This document shows, one piece after another, positions 41,534 through 52,109 of a DNA stretch of 64,000 nt. This stretch comes from Thiobacillus sp. (GTDB taxonomy: Bacteria > Pseudomonadota > Gammaproteobacteria > Burkholderiales > Thiobacillaceae): contig WGNC01000013.1 of NCBI GenBank assembly GCA_016124745.1, forward strand, positions 2,378 to 66,377. The letters are read 5' to 3'. The notes beneath the pieces were generated by a model. That model saw only the letters and a program-made list of their open reading frames with translations, was not told the origin of the DNA and made no database searches. The position numbers and the translations under genes were made by a program. Numbering within the stretch: position 1 is the stretch's first letter; each line of letters opens with the position of its first letter.

Positions 41534-42790
41534 ATGAAGCGACTTCTTGGTTGGAGCGTGCTGTTCACCCTACTGGCGGGGCTTACCGTTCTGCCCTGGC
41601 TGATGCTGGACGACGCGCCGGCGATCGAGTCGCCCACCACATTTCACCGCACCGATCTTGCCTGGATCAAATCGCTGTTCCGGAAACACGACCCGCGTAG
41701 CCAGACGCCGAATGTGGTTTACAGCATCCAACTCGACGAGACCGAACTCAACCGCCTGCTCAATTACGCGGTCGAGCTGCGTCGCGTCAGCGGCATTGCC
41801 GCCGAACTCACCCCCGGCATGGCCACGCTCACCGCCACGATTGCCGTGCCGAAGAACCCGTTTGGGCGCTTTCTCAACATCACGGCCGAACTGACGGATG
41901 TGCCTGGCGGCATCCGGATTCAAAGCCTGCAACTGGGCAGCCTGCCACTGCCCGGGATGCTGGCCAACTGGACGGCGCGTCAGGCGCATCGCTGGCTGCG
42001 CCACGACAAGACCTATGCGGCCATGGCCGATGCGTTCTCCCAGGTCCATTTCGACGAGAGCAGAGCGACGCTGGATTACCGCTGGCAACCTGAATTGCTG
42101 ACCCGGATCGAGCGAAAAAGTGTTGCGTTGCTGATCGCGCCCGCAGACCAGGCGCGCATGCTGGCCTATGCGGAACAACTGGACAGCCTGCTAAAACCTT
42201 ACGCTCGGGGCAGAACCGTACCGCTGGTACGTATCGCCGCCCCCCTCTTCGCATACAGTCCGCCATCTGGTGGCGATGCGGGCGCAGAGAACCGGGCAGC
42301 GCTCACCGCACTGGGAGCGTACCTGGCCGGAATCAGCCTGCCAAAACTGCTTGAAGGCGACAGCCAGTCGATCCGCCGTGCGCCGCGCGTCCTGCTGTCA
42401 CTGCACGGCCGACGTGATTTCGCCGAACATTACACGATTTCGGCTGCATTGTCGGTCAACGCAGGCAGCCGGCTGGCCAATGCCATCGGTCTGTTCAAGG
42501 AAGAAGAGGACGCTACCATGGGCTCGGGATTCAGCTTCACCGACCTGGCCGCCGACCGTGCCGGCGTGCAACTCGGTGAACGCGCCACGGGTGACGCTGC
42601 GGAGAAAGTGCGCGAACTGCTGGCCACCGCCCACAAGGACTCCGATCTGTTGCCGGACTTTCGCAACCTGCCTGAATTCATGCCGCAAGCCGAATTCGAA
42701 CGCCGTTTCGGGCCGGTCGGCGGCCCGCGTTACCAGAAGATCATCACTCGAATCGACGCCCAGTTGGCTGCTCACCCGCTTTCAAAATAA
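41534..42790 (+). CDS. Conserved hypothetical membrane-anchored protein
   Basis: N-terminal TM helix; C-terminal [12 protein letters not shown]...KEEED...[15 protein letters not shown]; genome-like codon usage. Confidence 0.7.
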   Translation: MKRLLGWSVLFTLLAGLTVLPWLMLDDAPAIESPTTFHRTDLAWIKSLFRKHDPRSQTPNVVYSIQLDETELNRLLNYAVELRRVSGIAAELTPGMATLTATIAVPKNPFGRFLNITAELTDVPGGIRIQSLQLGSLPLPGMLANWTARQAHRWLRHDKTYAAMADAFSQVHFDESRATLDYRWQPELLTRIERKSVALLIAPADQARMLAYAEQLDSLLKPYARGRTVPLVRIAAPLFAYSPPSGGDAGAENRAALTALGAYLAGISLPKLLEGDSQSIRRAPRVLLSLHGRRDFAEHYTISAALSVNAGSRLANAIGLFKEEEDATMGSGFSFTDLAADRAGVQLGERATGDAAEKVRELLATAHKDSDLLPDFRNLPEFMPQAEFERRFGPVGGPRYQKIITRIDAQLAAHPLSK

Positions 42791-42855
42791 TTGAACGGAA
42801 ATATATAAGCATATCCCTGTTATAATGCCGGGTTTTCCGAATTCCGGCTCCCATC

Positions 42856-44688
42856 ATGTCCCGCAAGCTCCGCAACATCGCCATCATCGCGCACGTCGAC
42901 CATGGCAAGACCACGCTGGTCGACCAGCTTCTCAAGCAGTCCGGCACGTTCCGCGACAACCAGGCAGTAGACGAGCGGGTCATGGACTCCAATGATCTGG
43001 AAAAGGAGCGCGGCATCACTATTCTGGCAAAGAATACAGCGATCACTTACGGCGATACCCATATCAACATCGTCGACACCCCGGGCCACGCCGACTTCGG
43101 CGGTGAAGTCGAGCGCGTGCTCGGCATGGTCGATGGTGTGGTGCTGCTGGTCGACGCCGTCGAGGGGCCCATGCCGCAAACGCGCTTCGTAACCAAGAAG
43201 GCGCTGGCGCTGGGCCTGCGTCCCATCGTCGTGATCAACAAGGTGGATCGTCCGGGATCGCGTCCGAACTGGGTGGTCGATCAGACCTTCGACCTGTTCG
43301 ACAAGCTGGGTGCGACCGATGAGCAGCTCGACTTCCCGATCATCTACGCTTCCGGGCTGAATGGCTGGGCATGCATGGACCTGAAGGACGCGCCGTCGCA
43401 AGGTGGCGCCGCTGCCGACATGGTGCCGCTGTTCGACACCGTGCTCAAGCACGTCCCCACGCCGCCCGGTTCGGCCGATGCACCGCTGCAACTGCAGATC
43501 GCCGCGCTGGATTATTCGACCTACACCGGCCGCCTCGGCGTCGGTCGCGTGCTGAATGGCCGCATCAAACCCGGCATGTCGGTGGTCGTCATGAATCATG
43601 ACGATCAGGTCGCCAGCGGCCGCATCAACCAGGTGCTCGGTTTCAAGGGCCTGGAACGTGTGCCGGTGGACCAGGCCGAGGCGGGCGACATCATCATCAT
43701 CTCCGGGCTGGAGGACATCGGCATCGGCGTCACCATTTGTGACAAGGAAAACCCGATCGGCCTGCCGGTTCTGCCGGTCGACGAACCGACGCTGAACATG
43801 GACTTCATGGTGAACACGTCGCCCTTGGCAGGCACCGAAGGCAAGTTCGTCACCAGCCGCCAGATCCGCGATCGCCTTGCCAAGGAACTGCTGGTCAACG
43901 TCGCGTTGCGGGTCGATGAGACCGGCGACGCCGACGTGTTCCGCGTCTCCGGCCGCGGCGAACTGCACCTCACCATCCTGCTCGAGAACATGCGCCGCGA
44001 AGGCTTCGAACTGGCTGTCGGTAAGCCACGCGTCGTATACAAGGAAATCAATGGCGAGAAGTGCGAACCCTACGAAAATCTCAGCATCGACCTGGAAGAC
44101 GATACCCAGGGTGCGGTGATGGAAGAAATCGGCCGCCGCCGCGGTGAACTCACCAACATGGAATCCGACGGCAATGGCCGCACCCGCCTTGAATATCACA
44201 TTCCTGCACGCGGCCTGATCGGCTTCCAGTCCGACTTCATGACCATGACGCGCGGCACCGGCCTGATGAGCCATGTGTTCGACGACTACGGTCCGGTCAA
44301 GGCCGACCTGCCCGGCCGCCACAACGGCGTGCTGGTGTCGCAGGACAACGGCGAAGCCGTAGCCTATGCGTTGTGGAAACTTGAAGACCGTGGCCGCATG
44401 TTCGTTTCGCCCGGTGACAAGCTTTACGAAGGCATGATCATCGGCATCCACAGCCGTGACAACGACCTGGTGGTCAACCCGATCAAGGGCAAGCAGTTGA
44501 CCAACGTTCGTGCCTCCGGCACCGACGAGGCGGTGCGCCTGACCACGCCGATCAAGCTCACGCTGGAATCTGCCGTCGAATTCATCGATGACGACGAACT
44601 TGTCGAAATCACCCCGAAGTCGATTCGCATCCGCAAGCGCTACCTGCAGGAGCACGAGCGCAAGCGCGCGAACCGCGCAGCCGCCTGA
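42856..44688 (+). CDS. typA: Translational GTPase TypA/BipA
   Basis: [46 protein letters not shown]. Confidence 0.98.
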   Translation: MSRKLRNIAIIAHVDHGKTTLVDQLLKQSGTFRDNQAVDERVMDSNDLEKERGITILAKNTAITYGDTHINIVDTPGHADFGGEVERVLGMVDGVVLLVDAVEGPMPQTRFVTKKALALGLRPIVVINKVDRPGSRPNWVVDQTFDLFDKLGATDEQLDFPIIYASGLNGWACMDLKDAPSQGGAAADMVPLFDTVLKHVPTPPGSADAPLQLQIAALDYSTYTGRLGVGRVLNGRIKPGMSVVVMNHDDQVASGRINQVLGFKGLERVPVDQAEAGDIIIISGLEDIGIGVTICDKENPIGLPVLPVDEPTLNMDFMVNTSPLAGTEGKFVTSRQIRDRLAKELLVNVALRVDETGDADVFRVSGRGELHLTILLENMRREGFELAVGKPRVVYKEINGEKCEPYENLSIDLEDDTQGAVMEEIGRRRGELTNMESDGNGRTRLEYHIPARGLIGFQSDFMTMTRGTGLMSHVFDDYGPVKADLPGRHNGVLVSQDNGEAVAYALWKLEDRGRMFVSPGDKLYEGMIIGIHSRDNDLVVNPIKGKQLTNVRASGTDEAVRLTTPIKLTLESAVEFIDDDELVEITPKSIRIRKRYLQEHERKRANRAAA

Positions 44689-44724
44689 ACCCCGCCGGCA
44701 CCGAGCCGGCGCGGAAGTGACAGC

Positions 44725-44749
44725 AAGCCGGCTTCGCGCCGGCTTTTTT
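44725..44749 (+). terminator. Rho-independent terminator after typA
   Basis: aagccggc-ttcgc-gccggctt followed by a T run. Confidence 0.85.
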
Positions 44750-44776
44750 GTGCGCGGCGCGGGTAAAATCCTGACC

Positions 44777-46069
44777 ATGCACCCAGTCGAAATCGGCCTC
44801 CTCGTCGGCCTGGCCATTCTCATCCTGCTGACCGTCGTCCTGCTGCTGCGCACCCATGCACTGAGCCGGCAGCAATCCGGACTGCCTGGGCTGCTGGCGC
44901 AGGACATGGAAGCCCGTCACCGCGCGGTGCTGACCGATTTGCACGCAGGCTTGTCGCAGCAGTCCGACCGCATGCAGGCCCAGCTGTCGGCCCTGCAGAT
45001 CGCGCAGACCGAGCGTTTGGCGGAAACGCGCGAAACCGTCAGCGGCCAGTTTGGCCAGTTCCAGACCGCGATGCTGGAAAAGCTGATCGAGCAGGGACGT
45101 GCCGAGCAGACCCTTCTGCAGGAAACCCTGAAAGGCATGTCCGCGCACTTCAACGAGCGTGTGCAACAGTTGTCACAGTCCGTTGACGGCCGCCTGAATG
45201 AAATATCGGGCAAGGTAGCCGAGCGGCTCGACGAAGGCTTCAAGAAAACCAACGAAACCTTCACTTCGGTGATGTCGCGACTGGCGGTCATCGACGAAGC
45301 ACAGAAAAAAATCGAAGGGCTGGCATCGAACGTCGTCAGCCTGCAGGAAATCCTTGGCGACAAACGCTCGCGCGGGGCGTTCGGGGAGGTTCAGCTGGAA
45401 GCACTGGTGCGCAACAGCCTGCCGCCCGATGCCTACGCTTTCCAGTACACGCTGAAAGGCGGCGCACGTGCCGACTGTGCGCTCATTCTGCCCGAGCCGA
45501 CCGGCACGGTATGCGTCGATTCCAAGTTTCCGCTTGAGAACTACAGCCGCATGTTCGACGACAGCCTGGTGCAGACCGAGCGCGATGCGGCACGGCGACA
45601 GTTCAAGGCTGACGTCAAGAAGCACGTCGACGACATCGCCGCCAAATACATCGTCGAAGGCGAAACCTCGGACGGTGCAGTGATGTTCCTGCCGGCCGAG
45701 GCGGTATTCGCCGAAATCCACGCCTACCATCCAGACCTGGTCGAACACGCGCAGAAAAAGCGGGTCTGGCTCACCTCGCCGACCACCCTGATGGCGGTGT
45801 TGAACACCGCACGTGCGGTGATCCGTGATTTCGAAACCCGGCGCATGGCGCATGTCATCAAGGACGAACTGGCGAAGCTGGCGAAGGACTTCTTCCGCTT
45901 CGACGAGCGCATGAAGAAGCTTGCCAGCCACATCGAACAGGCCAACAAGGATGTAGGCGAGGTGCGGATTTCCAGCGAGAAGATCAGTCGCCGCTTCCAG
46001 CAGATCGAGCGGGTCGAACTCGACCACCCCGAAGCTGCCGGCGCGCGCCTGATCGATGCTGGGGAGTAA
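44777..46069 (+). CDS. rmuC: DNA recombination protein RmuC
   Basis: N-terminal TM plus coiled coil; RGAFGEVQLE, VDSKFP, FLPAEAVFAE, SPTTLMAVL. Confidence 0.93.
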   Translation: MHPVEIGLLVGLAILILLTVVLLLRTHALSRQQSGLPGLLAQDMEARHRAVLTDLHAGLSQQSDRMQAQLSALQIAQTERLAETRETVSGQFGQFQTAMLEKLIEQGRAEQTLLQETLKGMSAHFNERVQQLSQSVDGRLNEISGKVAERLDEGFKKTNETFTSVMSRLAVIDEAQKKIEGLASNVVSLQEILGDKRSRGAFGEVQLEALVRNSLPPDAYAFQYTLKGGARADCALILPEPTGTVCVDSKFPLENYSRMFDDSLVQTERDAARRQFKADVKKHVDDIAAKYIVEGETSDGAVMFLPAEAVFAEIHAYHPDLVEHAQKKRVWLTSPTTLMAVLNTARAVIRDFETRRMAHVIKDELAKLAKDFFRFDERMKKLASHIEQANKDVGEVRISSEKISRRFQQIERVELDHPEAAGARLIDAGE

Positions 46070-46076
46070 ATGAGTC

Positions 46077-46856
46077 ATGAATTGGTTCGGCCGCTGGCGA
46101 CGCACCCGCATTCTGCACAAGCATAAAATTCCGCATCAAGCCTTCGATACGGCACTCGCCGCTCTGCCAATCCTGCACCGCCTTGACGTATCCGAGCGCT
46201 CGCGGTTGCGAGAATCCGCCAGCCTGTTCATGCACGACAAGACCTTTTCCGCAGCAGGCGGCGCCGAGGTCAATGATGCGACCCAACTTGCCATCGCCCT
46301 GCAGGCCTGTTTGCTGACACTCAACCTCTCCGAGGACAGTTATCGCGGCTGGAACGAAATCATTCTCTACCCCGACGAATTCCTGCGTCATCGCGAGGAA
46401 ATGGACGCGGCAGGCGTCGTCCATCGTTCGCGTGACATCCTGGCGGGCGAATCCTGGCTCGGTGGCCCGCTCGTGCTGTCGATCGCAGATATCGCCGAGA
46501 GCGGTCAGGGCACAGGGATCAACGTGGTGCTCCACGAATTTGCCCACAAGCTCGACATGCTGAACGGCGATGTCAATGGATTTCCACCGTTGCATCGGGG
46601 CATGGATGCCGCAGCCTGGGCACGCGATTTCAGCGCTGCCTATGCGGATCTGTGCGCCCGCGTCGATGCGGGCGAGCACACAGCCATCGACCCTTACGCG
46701 GCCAGCGATCCTGCTGAATTCTTTGCCGTGCTGACCGAGGTGTTCTTCGAGACGCCGCGCCTGTTGGATTCCGAATACCCCTCCATATACCGGCAGCTGC
46801 AGCAGTTTTATCGCCAGCACCCGCTGGCCTGGCAGGAACCCCATGAGCAGGCCTAA
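46077..46856 (+). CDS. MtfA-like zinc metallopeptidase (M90)
   Basis: IILYPDEF, GESW..GP, NVVLHEFAHKLD, YAASDPAEFFAV. Confidence 0.88.
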   Translation: MNWFGRWRRTRILHKHKIPHQAFDTALAALPILHRLDVSERSRLRESASLFMHDKTFSAAGGAEVNDATQLAIALQACLLTLNLSEDSYRGWNEIILYPDEFLRHREEMDAAGVVHRSRDILAGESWLGGPLVLSIADIAESGQGTGINVVLHEFAHKLDMLNGDVNGFPPLHRGMDAAAWARDFSAAYADLCARVDAGEHTAIDPYAASDPAEFFAVLTEVFFETPRLLDSEYPSIYRQLQQFYRQHPLAWQEPHEQA

Positions 46857-48012
46857 GCCCGCCTCCGCTGCGCGTGTCGATTCGATCGCGCCCTTCCACG
46901 TCATGGCCATCCTCGCGCGAGCCAAGGCACTTGAAGCAGCCGGGCGCGATATCATTCACCTGGAAATTGGCGAACCCGACTTTCCCACCCCCCAACCCAT
47001 CATCCAAGCGGGCATCGAAGCGCTGCGCGCCGGACATACCCATTACACGGATGCACTCGGCCTGCCCAGCCTGCGCGAGGCCATTGCCAGGTTCCATCAG
47101 ACGCGCTGGCATGCCACGATCGACGCGGAACGCATCCTGGTCACCCCCGGTGCATCCGGTGCCCTGCTGCTGGCACTGGGGCTTCTGGCAGGACCCGGCG
47201 ATGATGTCTTGATGGCCGACCCGGGCTATCCCTGCAACCGCCATTTCACGGAATTCTGCGATGCGCGGCCCGCGACGGTCCCGGTCGATGCCACAAACGG
47301 CTTCCAGCTCACCCTGGATCTGATCGAGCAGCATGCCACCCCCGCCACCCGCGCCGTACTGATCGCCAGCCCGTCCAACCCCACCGGAACCGCCGTTGCG
47401 CCCGACGAACTCGCACGTATTCATGGCTGGTGCCGCGCGCATGACGTCGCCTTGATTGTCGACGAAATCTATGTGGCACTGACCTATGACGGCACTGAAA
47501 ACACGGCCGCTCATTGGGATGATGTGTTCGTCATCAACAGCTTCTCAAAATACTTTCTGATGACGGGCTGGCGACTGGGCTGGCTGACCGCACCAGCGTG
47601 GGCAGTGCCCGCCCTGGAACGGCTGGCGCAGAATCTGTATCTGGCGGCGTCGACACCGGCTCAGCATGCGGCGCTGGCAGCCTTCCTACCCGACACCCTG
47701 GATGAACTCGAAGCGCGCAAGCACGAGTTGCGCACCCGGCGGGATTTTCTGCTGCCCGCCTTGCGCGAGCGCGGCTTCGTCATTCCGGTCGCGCCCGAGG
47801 GCGCATTTTACCTTTACGCCGATTGCAGCCGTTTTGCGTCGGACAGCCAGGTCTTCGCCAGCCAGTTGCTCGAACTTGCCGGGATTGCCGTGACGCCCGG
47901 AATCGACTTCGGGTCGCATCATGCAGCCCGCCACATGCGGGTTGCCTATACCCAGCCTCTGCCACGCCTGGTCGAAGCGATGGCGCGGCTCGATCGTTTT
48001 CTCCAGACATAA
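46843..48012 (+). CDS. PLP-dependent class I/II aminotransferase
   Basis: IHLEIGEPDF, SPSNPTG, DEIY, NSFSKYFLMTGWRLGW. Confidence 0.92.
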   Translation: MSRPKPASAARVDSIAPFHVMAILARAKALEAAGRDIIHLEIGEPDFPTPQPIIQAGIEALRAGHTHYTDALGLPSLREAIARFHQTRWHATIDAERILVTPGASGALLLALGLLAGPGDDVLMADPGYPCNRHFTEFCDARPATVPVDATNGFQLTLDLIEQHATPATRAVLIASPSNPTGTAVAPDELARIHGWCRAHDVALIVDEIYVALTYDGTENTAAHWDDVFVINSFSKYFLMTGWRLGWLTAPAWAVPALERLAQNLYLAASTPAQHAALAAFLPDTLDELEARKHELRTRRDFLLPALRERGFVIPVAPEGAFYLYADCSRFASDSQVFASQLLELAGIAVTPGIDFGSHHAARHMRVAYTQPLPRLVEAMARLDRFLQT

Positions 48013-48039
48013 AAAAAACCGGCCCGAAGGCCGGTTTTT
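48011..48039. terminator. Bidirectional rho-independent terminator
   Basis: A8-ccggcc-cgaa-ggccgg-T5 between convergent genes. Confidence 0.9.
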
Positions 48040-48057
48040 CTTTACCTGTGCCAGGAA

Positions 48058-48282
48058 TTACTTGGCAGGTTCAGCAGGAGCAGCAGCGTCAGCAGCAGGA
48101 GCAGGAGCAGCTTCCATCGGAGCAGCAGCGTCAGCAGCAGGAGCAGCTTCCATCGGAGCAGCAGCTTCCGGAGCCGGAGCCATAGCAGCAGGCGCTTCTA
48201 CGGGAGCAGCGGCTTCTTCTTTCTTGCCGCAAGCGGTCATGGAAACGGCCAGCAGAGCAGCCAGGAGGACGGAATATTTCAT
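48058..48282 (-). CDS. Small Ala/Pro-rich lipoprotein
   Basis: AAAGG RBS; lipobox MTAC; 36-bp internal repeat (48104-48165). Confidence 0.8.
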   Translation of the reverse strand: MKYSVLLAALLAVSMTACGKKEEAAAPVEAPAAMAPAPEAAAPMEAAPAADAAAPMEAAPAPAADAAAPAEPAK

Positions 48283-48457
48283 TTGATTTCCCTTTACTTG
48301 CAAATATAAAAACCCACACCAGAGATCGGTCCGGGACGTGTAATCCAGCCGACGCGCGGAATTCTAACAAATCGGCAAAAGAAAACCACTATCTACTAAA
48401 AAATTGATCTAGCACTCCTAGGATGTCTCACAATTGCAACAAGCCGCCTTAAATCTC

Positions 48458-48769
48458 TCATTTTCTGGGTGTTTCGATGAACTCGCCCGGCCGTGCAGGC
48501 GAGGGCAATCTTCCCTGATAGATGAAACCGGCACCATAGCGGCGACTGCCATCGGGTGCGGTAATCAGTTCGTTTTCGCTCCAGATCCAGACATGGCCTT
48601 CGCGCGTATCCAGAATGAACGCGCGTCCGCCTCCCCCTCCTTTGCTGCCCACTACGCCTGCCAGTGGAAAAGCCTCGTATCGGCCATCATCGGCGCGTTC
48701 ATCACTTGCCTGCGCAGCGGCCGACAGGGCCAGCACGCCAAATACCATCCATCCTGTGCGCATCTTCAT
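48458..48769 (-). CDS. Hypothetical exported protein
   Basis: Signal peptide ending AAAQA; GRYEAFPL, FILDTREGHVWIW; 21 bp after the hslO-like gene. Confidence 0.65.
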   Translation of the reverse strand: MKMRTGWMVFGVLALSAAAQASDERADDGRYEAFPLAGVVGSKGGGGGRAFILDTREGHVWIWSENELITAPDGSRRYGAGFIYQGRLPSPARPGEFIETPRK

Positions 48770-48790
48770 CCTTCCATTTGCCTGCAGGCC

Positions 48791-49678
48791 CTAAGCGGAA
48801 AAAAGTGCGGCCACGGCCGCCGCATCCAGCACATACTCATGGTTGCAGATATCGTCATGCACCCGGATTTCACCTTGTTCGGCGACAATCGCCTCACATT
48901 CTGCCCGACCGACACTGCGCAGCATGGAATGAATCTTGGGGGGGTCGTACGGGCAGTGATAGGTGACCGGGCGCGGGTCATATACGCGCACGTCTTCTTC
49001 CGGGAACAGGCGTTCAATCAGCTTGATCGAGCCCAATTCGAGCAGTTCGTGTGCTCGCACGGTGTCTGCCAGGACCTGTACCCGGTTCCAACCGTCTGCA
49101 TCGCGCATCGTTGCACCCGGCAAGGCCTGCAGAAACAAACCTGCTGCAGTCTCGTGATTGGCCGCCAGCCACAGGCGGGTAGGCGACTGCTCCGATTGGG
49201 CGAGGTAATGTTCGAATACGGCTGCCAGGGACTCACCCTGCAGCGGTACGTGGCTCTGGTAGGGCTGGCGCATGTCGGCGGTGTCTAGCGTCAGGGTCAG
49301 CGCACCCTCGCCCAGCAAGGCCGAAACGTTTCCCTGTGACAGTTCCTGTGCAGCTCGAGCCATGCCGCGAATTCGCAATTGCTCGTCGCAATCCATCACC
49401 AGCAGCGAGACCGCGCCGTCGCCACGCAGCTGAAAAGTCAGTCGCCCGGCCTGCTTGAGGTTGGCCGTGATCAGCGTGGTCACCACCGCCAGTTGTCCAA
49501 GAAGTTCGAGTACAGGCGCTGCGTAACCGCGCCCTGCCGCCATCTCCTGCCAGGCAGATCCCAGTTGGACCCAGGCACCACGAATGTCGAGTTGTTCGAA
49601 CAGGAAACCGCGCACCCGATTGGGCTGGCTGTGGGCCGGTCTTGATTTATCCGCGTTCAATTTGTCGGTGGCGTTCAA
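48791..49678 (-). CDS. hslO: Hsp33-family chaperone with a degenerate C-terminal Cys motif
   Basis: FLFEQLDIRGAWV, LTFQLRGDG, YQSHVPL, YLAQSEQ; TTG start overlaps the upstream TGA (start uncertain). Confidence 0.82.
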   Translation of the reverse strand: MNATDKLNADKSRPAHSQPNRVRGFLFEQLDIRGAWVQLGSAWQEMAAGRGYAAPVLELLGQLAVVTTLITANLKQAGRLTFQLRGDGAVSLLVMDCDEQLRIRGMARAAQELSQGNVSALLGEGALTLTLDTADMRQPYQSHVPLQGESLAAVFEHYLAQSEQSPTRLWLAANHETAAGLFLQALPGATMRDADGWNRVQVLADTVRAHELLELGSIKLIERLFPEEDVRVYDPRPVTYHCPYDPPKIHSMLRSVGRAECEAIVAEQGEIRVHDDICNHEYVLDAAAVAALFSA

Positions 49679-50931
49679 TTGAGTTGCACCCGCTCTCCCC
49701 AAGGCACCGCGCCCTTGCCCTTGACCAGCCAGACCACCGGGTAATTCGGCGGCAGCTTGGGAAAATCCCCTTCGGCATCGGTGAAATACACCAGCATGTT
49801 GGGACTGCGGTTTTCCTGCTCGACCCAATCGAATACCGGACGGAAATCGGTACCCCCGCCGCCCTCGATATCCTTGGGAAGCTGCATGGTGTCCCAGGGT
49901 TCGTATTCCCACGGCGCATTTTCTGCGACATGGTTGTCACAGGCCAGCAGCGTCACCTTGGCCCTCACCTGCCCTTTCAGCGCATCGAGTTCGGTGACAA
50001 ACTCGCGCAACTCTTCATCGCTGATCGACCCGCTGGTATCGATCGCCGCCACCACGTCCAGGCCTTCGCTCGACAGCCTCGGCAGCAGCGCATCCCCTTC
50101 GCGACGTGAAGGCCGGCGCCACGAATAGTCGTCGCGCTGGTTGACGGCGAAGAAGCGCGCCAGCAAGGCGCGCCACGGCAGGCTGGGAGCCAGGAGGCCA
50201 TCGACCCAGCGCATCATCGATTGCGACAGCTTGCCGGCCTGGCGCGCGGCCTGGGCAGCAGCGGCCAGACGGTTTTTCCATTGCTCGGACAGCTCCTCGC
50301 GTTCGCTCGGCGACAACTCGCTGGGCTTTTTCGAAGCCTGGCTGGCGCTGCCCTGTTGCTGCTCGGCCTCGCTCTGACCTTCCTTGCCCTGGCCACCCGG
50401 CTCGCCGGCGTCGGGGTCATCCTGGCGCTCGTTCTCGTCGGGGCTGGCACCCGATTCGTTGTCGTTGTCGAACAGGTGCTGGTCGAAGGACTCTTCCGGC
50501 GTGTCCTCGGGAATCAACGGGTAGATTTCTTCGGCCGACAGCGTCATGAAATTCTGGTCGGCGAGAATACCGTGCAGTGGCGGCTTCAGGCCTTCCTCTA
50601 TCAGGATGAGATTGACCGCGTGGTCGCATGCCACATCCCACCGACGCTTGACGCGATGGTTGCGTCGATGGGGATGGCCCATGGCGCAGTGCATGGCCTC
50701 GTGCGCCAGCACGAACTGCGTCTGCGCGAGATTGAGATTGTCGATGAACCCGGGATTGAAATAGAACGCCTGTGCATCGGTGCCGGTGGTGGCGCACCAG
50801 TCTCCCCCGACCTTAAGCGGCAGGTGCATCACCAATGCGCCGAGAAACGGCCGCTCCATGATGAGTCGGGTGCGCGCGGCCGCGAGTTTGGTCAGGATGG
50901 GTTCGAGAGCGGGGTCGGGCTGGTCAGCCAT
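49675..50931 (-). CDS. Putative metallopeptidase-vWA protein (DUF2201-like)
   Basis: ATTGTD..AFYFNP, HExxH (HEAMH), WDVACDHAVN, acidic linker, MIDAS DTSGS, GGGTDFRPVF, YFTD. Confidence 0.85.
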   Translation of the reverse strand: MADQPDPALEPILTKLAAARTRLIMERPFLGALVMHLPLKVGGDWCATTGTDAQAFYFNPGFIDNLNLAQTQFVLAHEAMHCAMGHPHRRNHRVKRRWDVACDHAVNLILIEEGLKPPLHGILADQNFMTLSAEEIYPLIPEDTPEESFDQHLFDNDNESGASPDENERQDDPDAGEPGGQGKEGQSEAEQQQGSASQASKKPSELSPSEREELSEQWKNRLAAAAQAARQAGKLSQSMMRWVDGLLAPSLPWRALLARFFAVNQRDDYSWRRPSRREGDALLPRLSSEGLDVVAAIDTSGSISDEELREFVTELDALKGQVRAKVTLLACDNHVAENAPWEYEPWDTMQLPKDIEGGGGTDFRPVFDWVEQENRSPNMLVYFTDAEGDFPKLPPNYPVVWLVKGKGAVPWGERVQLN

Positions 50932-50937
50932 GAAGAA

Positions 50938-51981
50938 TCAGTGCTCGTACAGAACCAGATCGGTAATGCTGTTGGCCCATTCGGCAAATGCCGGCACGGC
51001 GAACAGCGGTCGCCCGACTGCGCGGTGCAGGTCGGACACCAGCATGACGCCCATTTCGCGCTGCGGAAAGCGCTGCGCGTATTTGAGGATGTTGCCGTAC
51101 ACCACTGCCGCATTGCCGCTGTCTGCCGCCTGCAGGGCCTTGCGCACCAGCGCCGCAGCCACGCCGTATTGCAGGTCGATGCCTTCGGGCACCTCAGCGT
51201 CGGCGCCGTTGATGATGGCATCGAGATCCGGCATTTGCGCCATGTTGTCGACGAAGGTTTTCAGTTCCAGTCCGGCCGATTGGCCGACGCAGGCCATCAA
51301 CGCATCAGCCAGCAGGTCAGTCTGGTCGAATTTCTGCAGCGCGCGGTGGGCGTATTCCCACGAGCGGGGGCTGGGAAAGGCAATCGGCGTGTGTGCCGGA
51401 TCGAAGCTGAACAACAGGTCGGGGCGGAAACGCAAGAAGGCGATGACCCGGGGGTCGATCTCCTCGCTGTGCGCCCAGTCCACCCAGTCATCGAGATTCA
51501 CCTCGACTTCGTAATGGGTGAAGCGGTTGGCCAGCGGGGCGGGCATCGCATAGGTCACGCCACGGTCGCCCTGACGGTTGCCCGCGGCGAAGATCACCCA
51601 GCCATCCGGCACCGTGTACTCGCCCAGACGGCGATCGAGGATGAGTTGGTAAGCAGCGGCCGATACCGTCGGCGGCGCCGAGGTGATCTCATCCAGGAAC
51701 AGGATACCTGACGGGCCATGTCGATCGGCATCCGGCAGCACGGAGGGAATCGACCACTCGACCAACTGGCCGCTGCGAAACGGAATGCCGCGCAGGTCGG
51801 TCGGTTCCATTTGCGACAGGCGGATATCGATCAGCTGCACACCATGCTGTTGGGCAATCTTGGCGACGATCTGTGACTTGCCTACGCCAGGCGGCCCCCA
51901 CAGCATGACAGGGGTATGGTGGCCGTCGGCGGCACTTTCGAATTCGCGGTCGAGAATGGTTTCGATGTGGGAGGGACGCAT
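50938..51981 (-). CDS. AAA+ ATPase (MoxR/dynein-related type)
   Basis: Walker A GPPGVGKS, DLRGIP, Walker B ILFLDE, AAGNR, PLANRF, PSPRSWE. Confidence 0.9.
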   Translation of the reverse strand: MRPSHIETILDREFESAADGHHTPVMLWGPPGVGKSQIVAKIAQQHGVQLIDIRLSQMEPTDLRGIPFRSGQLVEWSIPSVLPDADRHGPSGILFLDEITSAPPTVSAAAYQLILDRRLGEYTVPDGWVIFAAGNRQGDRGVTYAMPAPLANRFTHYEVEVNLDDWVDWAHSEEIDPRVIAFLRFRPDLLFSFDPAHTPIAFPSPRSWEYAHRALQKFDQTDLLADALMACVGQSAGLELKTFVDNMAQMPDLDAIINGADAEVPEGIDLQYGVAAALVRKALQAADSGNAAVVYGNILKYAQRFPQREMGVMLVSDLHRAVGRPLFAVPAFAEWANSITDLVLYEH

Positions 51982-52109
51982 GTGTCGTTCAAAACAACGA
52001 TGAATGGCCTTGAATCATAATCGCTCGCGCGTCCGGCTTCCAGCTTCAGCCTTGATCGATGTGGGGAGATTTTGTTACCGTGCACCAACCGGAATGAGGC
52101 GAATGCAGC

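Noticed and set aside
42820-44907. Long antisense ORFs (695 aa opposite typA, and similar ones opposite dxr, tsf, bamA, sucC, nadE, the AAA-vWA pair)
   Set aside because: Shadow frames expected from high GC3 codon bias; no recognisable motifs, and they fully overlap well-supported genes.
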